Positions 51,279-60,530 are shown, counted from the first letter of the stretch. The stretch is DNA of 64,000 nucleotides from Rhodothermales bacterium (GCA_040904565.1 JBBDTI010000031.1:71056-135055), one strand, 5' to 3'. Numbers and translations are program-made. Notes: generated from the letters alone by a model not told the origin.

Positions 51279-53345
51279 TTATCTTTCCCCGGCCAGCGGC
51301 ACGGCATCCTCAGCCGGCGCGTACATTCGTTCCACGTAATCGCCCACCATGCGCCGGGCGCTGAACTGAGGGACGAGCTCTTTCATCGCCGCCCTCATAC
51401 GCCGTATCCACAGCGTCGGAATGCCACGCTCGTCCCTATCGTAGAAGGCCGGAACGACGGCCTCCTCGAGACGCCGGTACAGACTTTCCGCATCGAGACG
51501 GTCCTGTTCGAGCGTATCCAATGCCGTGTCGACGTGTTCTTTACCGATGGCCCATCCATTCAAGCCATTATATCCTTCAGGCCACCACCCGTCGAGAACC
51601 GACAGGTTGAGTCCGCCGTGTACGGCAACTTTCTGGCCGCTCGTGCCGCTTGCCTCCATGGGGCGGCGCGGATTGTTGAGCCATACGTCGCATCCCGAAA
51701 TGAGCATGCGCCCGATCTCGATATTATAGTTTTCGAGAAAGACGACGCGCCCTCTCAGTCCGGGGTGGTGAGCCGCCTCGACGATCTGTTGGATGTAGCG
51801 CTTGCCGCCGTCGTCAGCGGGATGAGCCTTGCCCGCGTAGAGGATCTGCACCGGCCGATCTTCTCTGCTGAAGATGGAAGCGACGCGTTCTACGTCCGAG
51901 AACAGCAGGGGAGCACGTTTGTATGTCGCGAAGCGGCGGGCAAAGCCGATCGTAAGGGCATCCGGGTTCAGATCGCACACCATCGGGAGGGACTGTCCGG
52001 CAACGTGATCGGACGCGAAGCGCAGCAGCTGAGCGCGCAGCTCGTTACGATACTGCCACAGCACCTCATCGGGGACGTCGTCGATCCGCGCCCAGAACTG
52101 CGGGTCGTCTACGGAGCTCTTCCAGTCGCCTAGCCGTTCGTTGAGGAATGCACGCGCGATGGGCACGGTCCAGGTAGGTACGTGAACGCCGTTCGTGATC
52201 GAACCGATCGGGACGTCTTGGACCGGCCGGTCAGTGAACATGGATTGCCACTGTTCGCGGGCAACCTCCCCGTTAAGTCGCGACACACCGTTGGCCGTTC
52301 GCGACAGTCTGAGGCCCAGAACCGTCATCGTGAACGACTCGTCGTGATGCTCGGAGTAAACGCGTCCGTAGGCCAGTAGATCGTGCTCGTCGTACCCGAG
52401 ATCTCGGCGCATCGTGCTCATCTGATCGAGCAGGAGATCCGGAACGAATCGGTCGTGGCCCGCAAGGACGGGGGTATGTGTGGTGAACACGCAGTGCTCC
52501 CGCACCCAGCTCTCCGCCTCATCACGGGAATCCCCCGCGGCCAGGCGCTCGCGCAGCAGCTCGAAGGTCAGGAAGGCACAATGCCCTTCGTTTATATGGT
52601 AAACGTCCGTCGGAATCTCGAGCGCTCGGAGCAGGCGAATGCCGCCGATACCGAGAATGATCTCCTGATGCAGTCGGGTTCGGCGGTCGCCCTGATAGAG
52701 TCGCTTGGTGAGATCACGCAGGTGGTCCGGGTTCCCGTCGACATCCGAATCCAGCAGGAAGAGCGTTGTTCGCCCCAGGCGGAGCCGCCACGCCTGGAGG
52801 AGGGCCGGCTGATCGCCCATGTGAACGGTCACGTGAAGCGTTTGACCGTCCGCGTCGGTCACCAGCTCGAAGGGATGATTCTCGGAATTGAGGACGGGGT
52901 GCTTGTCGAGCTGCCAGCCGTCGGGCGTAAAATGCTGCTGAAAATACCCCTCCTTGAGGTAGAGTCCGATGGCCGTGAACGGAAGCCCGAGGTCGGAGGC
53001 CGCCTTGGCGTGATCGCCGGCAAGGATGCCCAGACCGCCCGAATAGGTGGGTAGACTCTCGTGCAGGCCGTACTCCATGCAGAAATAGCTGGTACGGGGC
53101 GCATCGGAGAACCGGCTCGGCGTGATCAGATACGTGTTGAGCGTCTCATAGGCCGTATCGATATCTTGCGCCAGGGACGAACCGTCTACCTGCTCGGGTG
53201 TAACGGCCTTGAGGACGGCAAAGGGATTGTGCCTGGACGTTTCGAAGGTGTCGGGATCCAGACGTGCGAACACGTCGAGCACTTCCGGATTCCACGTCCA
53301 CCACAGATTCTCAGCGAGGGCCTCTAACTTGTCGTACGTAGTCAT
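51279..53345 (-). CDS. glgP: Alpha-glucan (glycogen/maltodextrin) phosphorylase
   Basis: NLWWTW, YFCMEYG, YSGGLGILAGDH, NEGH, TNGVH, FARRFATYKR, EASGTSGQK (PLP site). Confidence 0.95.
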   Translation of the reverse strand: MTTYDKLEALAENLWWTWNPEVLDVFARLDPDTFETSRHNPFAVLKAVTPEQVDGSSLAQDIDTAYETLNTYLITPSRFSDAPRTSYFCMEYGLHESLPTYSGGLGILAGDHAKAASDLGLPFTAIGLYLKEGYFQQHFTPDGWQLDKHPVLNSENHPFELVTDADGQTLHVTVHMGDQPALLQAWRLRLGRTTLFLLDSDVDGNPDHLRDLTKRLYQGDRRTRLHQEIILGIGGIRLLRALEIPTDVYHINEGHCAFLTFELLRERLAAGDSRDEAESWVREHCVFTTHTPVLAGHDRFVPDLLLDQMSTMRRDLGYDEHDLLAYGRVYSEHHDESFTMTVLGLRLSRTANGVSRLNGEVAREQWQSMFTDRPVQDVPIGSITNGVHVPTWTVPIARAFLNERLGDWKSSVDDPQFWARIDDVPDEVLWQYRNELRAQLLRFASDHVAGQSLPMVCDLNPDALTIGFARRFATYKRAPLLFSDVERVASIFSREDRPVQILYAGKAHPADDGGKRYIQQIVEAAHHPGLRGRVVFLENYNIEIGRMLISGCDVWLNNPRRPMEASGTSGQKVAVHGGLNLSVLDGWWPEGYNGLNGWAIGKEHVDTALDTLEQDRLDAESLYRRLEEAVVPAFYDRDERGIPTLWIRRMRAAMKELVPQFSARRMVGDYVERMYAPAEDAVPLAGER

Positions 53346-53623
53346 CCGTAATCTCTTCGTCACAAAAGGTTTGGTGCTGCCATCTATACAGCAAAACCTC
53401 GCGTACGTTCGTGGAAACGAAGCGAGGTCTGGATGCAATCGGCTGTAACCACTCAATATAAAGCGCTATTCCGACAAATGACCAGTGCCGTGTCATTGGA
53501 TCGGCGGGAAGGAGTGAATGACAGGGGTGGAAATCCGATGTTTGCTGCTCTGTCGTTCCGGCGAGCGGAAGATTTGGCGAAAATAGTGATAGCCACGCTG
53601 AAACCGGTTTCGAGGGGGGACGC

Positions 53624-54481
53624 ATGAGTGCGCGTACGCGTCGCGAACTGCTTGATGATGGTGTGCGGCGGCTCGCGGCGGCGGGCGTCGAAAGTCCCCG
53701 TCGGAATGCAGAATGGATACTGTGCGACGTGCTATCCGTCTCACGCGCGAGTCTGTATGCCGATATATCGAGTCCCGTCGGAGGGGAACAGGCGCAACGG
53801 TTCGAACGCATGCTTCGGCGTCGTATGGCGCGCGAGCCGCTGCAATACGTGCTGGGTCATACGGACTTCGTCGGGTTGCGGCTTCGGGTTACGCCGGACG
53901 TATTGATCCCGCGGCCGGAGACGGAAGAACTCGTCGAGGTGGCGCTGCAACTCCTGCACGATGCAACGAGTCCGTGCGTACTGGATGTGGGTACGGGGAG
54001 TGGGTGCATCGCCCTGGCCATAAAGAGCGTCCGACCAGACGCCGCCGTGTACGGGTGCGACGTGTCGGAAGAGGCCCTGGAGGTGGCGCGAGGAAATGCG
54101 GCAGCACTCGAAATCGAGGTCGAATTCATGAAGGTCGACGTACTGCGTGATTCGATTCCCGCGTGCGTGCCTCGGTCGATCGACCTCCTCATATCAAATC
54201 CGCCCTATGTTACGGAGGAGGAAGAGGCCGAGCTGTCGGAAGAGGTCCGCCGGTTCGAGCCGCACGTTGCGCTCTTTGCCGGGAACGAGCCGCTGGTGTT
54301 CTATCGGCGCATTGCCGCCCACGGCCGGCACCTGGTGCGGGATGGAGGTTGGGTCGTTCTCGAAACGCACGCGGACTACGGGCGCGAGGTGTCGAACCTC
54401 TTCGAGAAGGCCGGATACCGTGACGTCGAATGTCAGCAAGACCTGGCAGGCCGCGATCGGATCGTACGGGCGCGGCGCTAG
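53624..54481 (+). CDS. prmC: Release factor glutamine methyltransferase
   Basis: EPLQYVLG, VLIPRPETEELV, DVGTGSGCI, SNPPY. Confidence 0.95.
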   Translation: MSARTRRELLDDGVRRLAAAGVESPRRNAEWILCDVLSVSRASLYADISSPVGGEQAQRFERMLRRRMAREPLQYVLGHTDFVGLRLRVTPDVLIPRPETEELVEVALQLLHDATSPCVLDVGTGSGCIALAIKSVRPDAAVYGCDVSEEALEVARGNAAALEIEVEFMKVDVLRDSIPACVPRSIDLLISNPPYVTEEEEAELSEEVRRFEPHVALFAGNEPLVFYRRIAAHGRHLVRDGGWVVLETHADYGREVSNLFEKAGYRDVECQQDLAGRDRIVRARR

Positions 54482-54502
54482 GATCGACGTGCCGCCGCTA
54501 CG

Positions 54503-55003
54503 TCACTCGTCCCGGGTGCGATACTCGTCGAAAGAGACCTGCTGGAAGGCGTTCGAACCGACGTACGACAGGACGGAAAGGAACGACGAGGCTTCCGCAA
54601 ATCCAGGCAGCCGGGTGATGTACTCCCCATCGGCGTCGAGGAACACCGTCGTCGGATATCCCTGAGCCCCGAGCCCTATAGCGAGTTCCGACGGCGTGAG
54701 GGTATACTCGCGAAAGCGAAGGCTGTCCGACTGATTCTCGCCGTCCAGACGCGTCAGCACGAAATGCTCCTTGACGTAATCCTGCACGGATGCATCGACA
54801 TAGACCTCGCGCTGAAGTCGCCGGCACCAGGGGCACCACGGAGCATAGACATCGACGATGAGCTTCTTGTCGAGCCGTTCCGCCTTCTCGACGGCCTCCT
54901 CAAAGGGGATCCAATCCAGTCCCTCGGCAGGCACGCTTGCATCTTGGGCGCTCACTCCCGTCGCTACGATGCACAGGACGAGGAGGGACAACAGGTGCTT
55001 CAT
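54503..55003 (-). CDS. Exported thioredoxin-fold protein (SoxW-like)
   Basis: Signal peptide, WCPWC, GYPTTVFLD. Confidence 0.85.
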   Translation of the reverse strand: MKHLLSLLVLCIVATGVSAQDASVPAEGLDWIPFEEAVEKAERLDKKLIVDVYAPWCPWCRRLQREVYVDASVQDYVKEHFVLTRLDGENQSDSLRFREYTLTPSELAIGLGAQGYPTTVFLDADGEYITRLPGFAEASSFLSVLSYVGSNAFQQVSFDEYRTRDE

Positions 55004-56193
55004 GGAGTAAGGCCGAGCAATGTTTTATATACGTGCAGGAATTGTTCAGATGCCTGCCTCCAGTTAAAAGTTTCGAGGGCACGCGGGATGTTGCGCCGCC
55101 ACCTTTCGCGGAGCGTCTTGTCGATTACGGCCTGGTTCAGGGCGGCGACGAGATCCGTACGATTCCCTGGCTCCACGACCTGTCCGACGTCATATGTCGA
55201 AACGACCTTCCGAATCTCGGAGAGATCGCTGGCGATGACGGGTACGTGAGCGGCGAGATATTCAAAGAGCTTGTTCGGCAGAGCGAGCCGGTGATTGAGA
55301 CAGGTGTCTTGAAGGAGCGTCACGCCGATGTCGGCGGATGCCGTGTAGGCAAGAAGCTCGTCGGGAGGGACGGCATCCACAAATACGACGCGGCTCGATA
55401 TACGCGCCGCGGCTGCCTGGGCTTCTAGTCGTGGTCGAAGTGGACCGTCTCCGAGAAAGACGAGAATAGCGCCGTCGACGTCGCGCATGGCATCCACCAG
55501 CAGTTCGCAGCCTCGATCCGGGCGCATCTGTCCCTGATGTAAAATCAACACGCTGTTGAACGACAGATCGGACGTGCCCCGCAACGATCGCCGTTCCGGA
55601 ATGGCCGTGATCTCGGGTACGTTGTAGAGCAGGGTAGGTCGAGGGATGTCGTACAGGTCGGCGAGTTTGTCCGCAATCCCGTTACTGACCGTGAGGACCA
55701 GATCCGCTTTTCGAATGTGAGACCGTTCGACGAGCCACCAGAACACGCGAATCCATGGTCGACCCACCGTAGATGCGACGTAGGGATACAACTCCCTGGC
55801 ATCGTATACGATGCGTGCCTGCTGCCGTCGCGCTACCCCGGTTAATGCCGGCAGGACGTATAGATCGGAGGCATGGTAGACGGCCGCGGGACGAAGAGAT
55901 GCTTCACGCTTTACCGCTCGGTGAACGTTCCAGAAGTACGCGGGCCCCGTTCCGACGGGAGGGGCAATGGCATGAACCGTGATGCGAGGTATTCCGAGGC
56001 GATCGGGACGCGCATCGCCGAATGAGAGCACGTCGACCGTCAGGCCCATATCACTGAATGCGCGCAATTGTCTCAGCGCGCGAGAATTACGACGAACGTC
56101 CCCCGTGAGAGCGAAGACTATGTCCGTTCGATCTGTTCGGTGCAACGGTGGGCGTGGAATTACTCCACGGAATAGTGCCGAATGACGAGGCAT
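55000..56193 (-). CDS. Glycosyltransferase family 4
   Basis: YHASDL, VYDARELY, LTVSNGIA, HQGQMRPDRG, LPNKLFEYLAAHVPVIASD. Confidence 0.88.
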   Translation of the reverse strand: MPRHSALFRGVIPRPPLHRTDRTDIVFALTGDVRRNSRALRQLRAFSDMGLTVDVLSFGDARPDRLGIPRITVHAIAPPVGTGPAYFWNVHRAVKREASLRPAAVYHASDLYVLPALTGVARRQQARIVYDARELYPYVASTVGRPWIRVFWWLVERSHIRKADLVLTVSNGIADKLADLYDIPRPTLLYNVPEITAIPERRSLRGTSDLSFNSVLILHQGQMRPDRGCELLVDAMRDVDGAILVFLGDGPLRPRLEAQAAAARISSRVVFVDAVPPDELLAYTASADIGVTLLQDTCLNHRLALPNKLFEYLAAHVPVIASDLSEIRKVVSTYDVGQVVEPGNRTDLVAALNQAVIDKTLRERWRRNIPRALETFNWRQASEQFLHVYKTLLGLTP

Positions 56194-56563
56194 GGTACGA
56201 CCGTTCCATGTGTATCCTGTCGTGCCTGGAAGGTTCGATTGGGATCGGAAAGTGACCTGAAAATGAGTGAGCCGCACCCCGAATACATCGGAATGCGGCT
56301 CACCAGATCATCATCAAGGCTGCCGACGGGTAGGGTCGCCCAGTGGGGCTCTCGGTATTCTTGGTAGGTAGGAGTTATCAGGAGCTACCGAAAGCGCGGC
56401 CTTAATGAGATGCAACATCATGTCTCATTTGAAGGTGTCTGTGGAACGTGAAACAAACGTGCCAACGTCCATCTCCTCGAGGGCGACCGGGCCGACCCGC
56501 GCCGGAATCGGAAAAATTGTAACATTTGGGGTTGCCCACGTGAAAATTCTACCTGGTACAGGA

Positions 56564-56594
56564 ACGGCCGGACGGGCATGGCCCATCCGGCCGT
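56564..56594 (-). terminator. Strong hairpin downstream of the repeat-peptide gene (terminator or stabiliser candidate)
   Basis: Minus-strand RNA ACGGCCGGAUGGGC-CAU-GCCCGUCCGGCCGU forms a 14-bp stem with one U-G pair. No clear poly-U tail. Confidence 0.4.
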
Positions 56595-56707
56595 AATAGT
56601 ATGCACGTTGTGCGTGTCTGGCTACGGGTTGAAATAAGAGGGAGCTTCCTGCCTCTCAAATTGACGCCCAGCTGGTTACGTTCTGCGCCAACTTTGGCGG
56701 TCAGATG

Positions 56708-57016
56708 CTAATTATGCTCGGATCCGTCAGATCCACCACCGTTGTCGCCATCAAGACCACTCTTGTTGTGTTCAGAGCCGTCGCTGCCGCCGCCGTTATC
56801 GCCTTTATTATGTTCGGATCCGTCGCTTCCCCCGCCGTTGTCTGTCGCATTGTGCTCGGAGCCATCACTTCCGCCGCCGTTGTCACCACCCGCATATGCT
56901 TCGATAGACGGTCCGCTAAGCGTGTCCGCGGCACATCCTGTTAGAATCGTACTGGCGCCTGCTACGAGCGCGAGGGACATGAATGCTGAGAGAATGGCCT
57001 GTGTAAGTCGTTTCAT
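56708..57016 (-). CDS. 102-aa lipoprotein carrying four identical DNGGGSDGSEHN repeats (candidate multi-core signal/RiPP-like precursor)
   Basis: AGGAG RBS 5 nt before ATG 57016; MKRLTQAILSAFMSLALVAGASTILTG-C lipobox; repeats end exactly at the stop codon. Confidence 0.85.
   Translation of the reverse strand: MKRLTQAILSAFMSLALVAGASTILTGCAADTLSGPSIEAYAGGDNGGGSDGSEHNATDNGGGSDGSEHNKGDNGGGSDGSEHNKSGLDGDNGGGSDGSEHN
56711..56884 (-). repeat. Four 36-bp coding repeats (56884-56849, 56842-56807, 56800-56765, 56746-56711)
   Basis: Each encodes DNGGGSDGSEHN; spacers encode AT, KG and KSGLDG. Confidence 0.95.
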
Positions 57017-57157
57017 GGTGACTCCTGACTTAAATGTAAGTGCTCCTACCTGGCAAGAAGATAGACGCACCTCCCAGGGCAGTCAAGGTTCGTCGCGCCG
57101 CAAATAGCCACTTTTTAAGGGTTTGTCGGGAATGAGTTGTCATCCGTCGCATGGGTG

Positions 57158-57187
57158 TCAATGAGCTTACGACGGTGAGGTTATTGA
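57158..57187. promoter_or_regulatory. Imperfect inverted repeat in the divergent promoter between the peptide gene and the kinase
   Basis: TCAATGAGCTTAC-GACG-GTGAGGTTATTGA; 12 of 13 positions pair if G-U is allowed. Confidence 0.35.
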
Positions 57188-57305
57188 GCGTCCAGATGAC
57201 CAGTAATAGGCCTTAATATTTGTCGCATTTGGCTGATACTAGACGGAGCAGAGGCCTCATCGTCGTCCGCTTTGGGGCCGTCATCCTAAGACCATCCAAG
57301 CTATA

Positions 57306-60300
57306 ATGCCGCATTTATTGCGTCACGTCCTGGCTTTTGCATGCCTGTTGTCGATCCCGGCACAGGCTCAAGTAGGTGGGGTACATCTTTCTGAAAGCGG
57401 TCACCCGTTCTATTTGGAGCACTTTCCTCCGCACGAGTATGGTGCGTATCCGCAGAATTGGAGCGTTGTCCAGGACGTTAGCGGTCGCATCTTCGTCGGC
57501 AATTACGATGGCATTCTCGTCTATGACGGCGTTTCGTGGGATCTCGTCGCCACACCGACAAATACGACGGCCCGGTCGCTGGCGGTTGGTGATGACGGAA
57601 TTGTCTATGTCGGACTCCAGGGGGATTTCGGATATCTCGCACCCGATTCAGTTGGATCCTATGCCTATACATCTCTCGCTAATAGGCTGGCACAGAGCGA
57701 ACGAGAGTTCCGTGATGTGTGGGCGACGCATGTGGTTCCTGGTGCCGTCTATTTCCAGGCAGCGAGCCGACTTATCCGATGGGACGGCGAATCTTTTCAT
57801 GTTTGGCAGAGCGAAGAGGGCTTTCACACCTCGTTCGAAGTGGACGGCGAGATTTACGTACGCGAGATCGGTAGGGGACTATTGTGCGTCAAGGATGACG
57901 ACCTAACGGTCGTTCCCGGTGGAGACCATTTTAGCGATACACGCATTTATGTTCTCGATGATCTGGCTGACGGAAGCCTGCTGGTCGGGACGCAGGAGAA
58001 GGGATTCCTTGTCTACGACGGATCAGGTTTTCAGTCTTTTGAGACAGAAGCAGACGCCTATCTCGCGAACCACCGGCTTTATCATGGCACGGTCTTGCCT
58101 AATGGATACATCGCACTCGGCCTCCTCGATGGCGGTGGTCTAATTATACTCGATCCTAACGGACGTATTAGCGCTCACTACACCGAAGAGTCAGGTCTCC
58201 CAGACGGCTGGATCAACTTCCTATATCGAGACGCGCAGGGTGGACTTTGGTTGGCTCTTAATAATCGTGGCGTTGTTCGTATAGATCCTTTATCCCACAT
58301 CACAAAGTTTGAGGCGGAGAGTGGACTGGACGGTGTAGTCGGTGATCTACATCTCTACGAAGACAGCCTATACGTTGCTGGCAGCACCGGTCTGTTTAGA
58401 TTAAATCCGTCAAGATTATCACACGAGAGAGCTCGCCTGGTAAAGGTTGATGGGATTCACGTCGCCACGTCGCTTGCTCAAATACACGACAAGTTGGTCG
58501 TCGCGAGTCACGACGATATACGCGTCCTGGATGGTACGAGGATTGAATTTGTCGCTGAGGGGACGTTCTATAGCGTCGCCGTCTCCAGTGCGTATCCGGA
58601 TCGATTTTATGCGGGGTCAAAGACCGGCGTGGCGCTTTTTGAATTGCGCGACGGAGTATGGAATATTGAACCTGACTTTGTTCGGATTAATGATGAGGTC
58701 CGAAGGCTTGTCGAGGGGGATGATGGCACGCTCTGGATTGCGAGTCGTTCAAATCGTGTGTACCGAGTCGACACCTTTAGTGGTAAGAGTAAGATCCGGG
58801 ACGTCACTCCTTCCGACCATGTGATCAATCGGACGAGCTTGCTGAAAAACATATATGGCCGCACGTACTTACTCGGTGAATCGGGACCCGTCATTCTAGA
58901 CGATGGTGGAGAAGCGTTATCTACCAGGGATCGAGAAGTTGCACGCATACTATCTGCCTCGACTGACTCACTTCTTTACCTCGGGCACTCACCGGACGGT
59001 AGACTATGGCGAGTCTATGCAGATCGCGTTGAAATCACGGCGTGTGGTCTAGCGTGCTCCACCAATGTGCCAGAGGTTCTCAGATATCCCGAATGGTCTG
59101 GTCCGGTCAACGTCCACGTCGATTCTGTGGGCGTTGCATGGATTTCTACACGGAGCACGCTGCTACGGTATGATCCATCGATCGAGACTGAAAAATCGTA
59201 CGACGCGATATTCCCTGCGATGCTTCGCCGGGTTAGGACAATCGATACGAATCGCCTACTCTATGGCGGTGTTTGGGATGAAGAGCGTGATATCGCCGAG
59301 CCACTCTTCCAAGATCTACCGTTCAGCCAGAATGCACTCCGCTTCGAGTTCGCGTTTCCCAGCTACAACGATCCGGAAGAAAACGAATTCCAATACTGGC
59401 TGGAGGGGCGTGAAGCAGGCTGGTCGGCGTGGACGAAGGAGACCGGCAAGAATTACACGAACCTCTTCGAGGGAACCTATCGCTTCCACATCCGGGGGCG
59501 CAACGCGCAGGGTTACGTGTCGCCCGCGAGCACGTACACGTTCACCGTCTTGCCGCCGTGGTACCGGTCGAACTGGGCGTACGGTATATACGTGCTGGGT
59601 CTCCTCGGCATGGGTCTGTTCGTTCGCCGCCACCAGAGAATGGTTGTGGAAAATCGACGTGCCAGGAAGCAGGCGAAAGAACTGGCTCGAGAACGCCAGG
59701 TCAACGAGCGACTGCAGGATCTCAACAAGCGTCTCGAGCAGGCCAACGAGACGCTGCGTCAGGCCGATCGGCTCAAGGATGAGTTCCTGGCCAATACGTC
59801 CCACGAGCTGCGTACGCCGCTCACGGGAATTCTGGGCTGCTCCGCCATTCTTCGCGAGGAGGTGGACGAAGACCATCGCGAGTTCGTAAACATGATCGAC
59901 GAGAATGGGCAACGTCTCCTGAATACGCTCGACTCGCTGCTCGACCTCGCACGTCTCAGGGCCGGCCTCATGGAGCTCGACTTCAAGGAGATCGATCTGG
60001 GTGTCAAGGCCGAAAGCGTCTTGCATACGTACACGTCCCTTGCTGCCAGCAAGGGGATCGATATCGACGTGGAGGCCGAAGGTGACGTAACCGGCTGGTT
60101 CGACGATCACTGCGTCGACTGCATCCTGAATAACCTCGTCGGCAACGCGGTGAAATTCACCGATGAAGGCCGCGTACAGGTCACTATCTCAGGGACGGGA
60201 GAAGGCGTTGTGATTCGCGTACTGGATACCGGCGTCGGTATCGACGAAGAGTTCATGCCCTTCCTTTTCGATGAGTTCAAGCAGGAGTCTACGGGGCTGA

Positions 60301-60530
60301 CACGGTCACATGAAGGGAACGGTCTGGGCCTCGCCGTGACCGCGCGCATTGTCGATCTGATGGGGGGCGACATCGACGTGCAAAGTACGAAACACGTGGG
60401 TACGACCTTTACGATTCGCCTACCGCTGGAGCAGGTGCGTCCCGAGTATGCAGGGCATGGCGACGGCTTGTCGTCCAATGGCGTAGTCGTGGAGGCCTCC
60501 GAGCCCGGAGCTGAAGCCCCGTCTGCATGA
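57306..60530 (+). CDS. Sensor histidine kinase with periplasmic beta-propeller and Y_Y_Y domains
   Basis: Signal peptide, propeller repeats (QNWSVVQDVSGRIFVG, GLPDGWINFLYRDAQGGLWL), Y_Y_Y (FQYWLEG...NYTNLFEGTYRFHIRGRN...VLPPWYRS), TM, H-box NTSHELRTPL, NLVGNAVKFT, DTGVGI, GNGLGL. No receiver or AraC domain. Confidence 0.93.
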   Translation: MPHLLRHVLAFACLLSIPAQAQVGGVHLSESGHPFYLEHFPPHEYGAYPQNWSVVQDVSGRIFVGNYDGILVYDGVSWDLVATPTNTTARSLAVGDDGIVYVGLQGDFGYLAPDSVGSYAYTSLANRLAQSEREFRDVWATHVVPGAVYFQAASRLIRWDGESFHVWQSEEGFHTSFEVDGEIYVREIGRGLLCVKDDDLTVVPGGDHFSDTRIYVLDDLADGSLLVGTQEKGFLVYDGSGFQSFETEADAYLANHRLYHGTVLPNGYIALGLLDGGGLIILDPNGRISAHYTEESGLPDGWINFLYRDAQGGLWLALNNRGVVRIDPLSHITKFEAESGLDGVVGDLHLYEDSLYVAGSTGLFRLNPSRLSHERARLVKVDGIHVATSLAQIHDKLVVASHDDIRVLDGTRIEFVAEGTFYSVAVSSAYPDRFYAGSKTGVALFELRDGVWNIEPDFVRINDEVRRLVEGDDGTLWIASRSNRVYRVDTFSGKSKIRDVTPSDHVINRTSLLKNIYGRTYLLGESGPVILDDGGEALSTRDREVARILSASTDSLLYLGHSPDGRLWRVYADRVEITACGLACSTNVPEVLRYPEWSGPVNVHVDSVGVAWISTRSTLLRYDPSIETEKSYDAIFPAMLRRVRTIDTNRLLYGGVWDEERDIAEPLFQDLPFSQNALRFEFAFPSYNDPEENEFQYWLEGREAGWSAWTKETGKNYTNLFEGTYRFHIRGRNAQGYVSPASTYTFTVLPPWYRSNWAYGIYVLGLLGMGLFVRRHQRMVVENRRARKQAKELARERQVNERLQDLNKRLEQANETLRQADRLKDEFLANTSHELRTPLTGILGCSAILREEVDEDHREFVNMIDENGQRLLNTLDSLLDLARLRAGLMELDFKEIDLGVKAESVLHTYTSLAASKGIDIDVEAEGDVTGWFDDHCVDCILNNLVGNAVKFTDEGRVQVTISGTGEGVVIRVLDTGVGIDEEFMPFLFDEFKQESTGLTRSHEGNGLGLAVTARIVDLMGGDIDVQSTKHVGTTFTIRLPLEQVRPEYAGHGDGLSSNGVVVEASEPGAEAPSA

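Noticed and set aside
55000-56193. GT4 as the missing bshA
   Set aside because: It lacks the BshA N-terminal CYPxxGGSG signature and looks like a generic envelope GT4.
56711-56884. 36-bp repeats as a CRISPR array
   Set aside because: Spacers are only 6-18 bp, the repeats vary at third codon positions, they lie in frame within an ORF, and there are no cas genes.
56742-57107. Plus-strand ORF with CSEPSLPPPLS repeats
   Set aside because: It is the antisense shadow of the repeat lipoprotein. The minus frame has the RBS, the lipobox and the purely synonymous variation.
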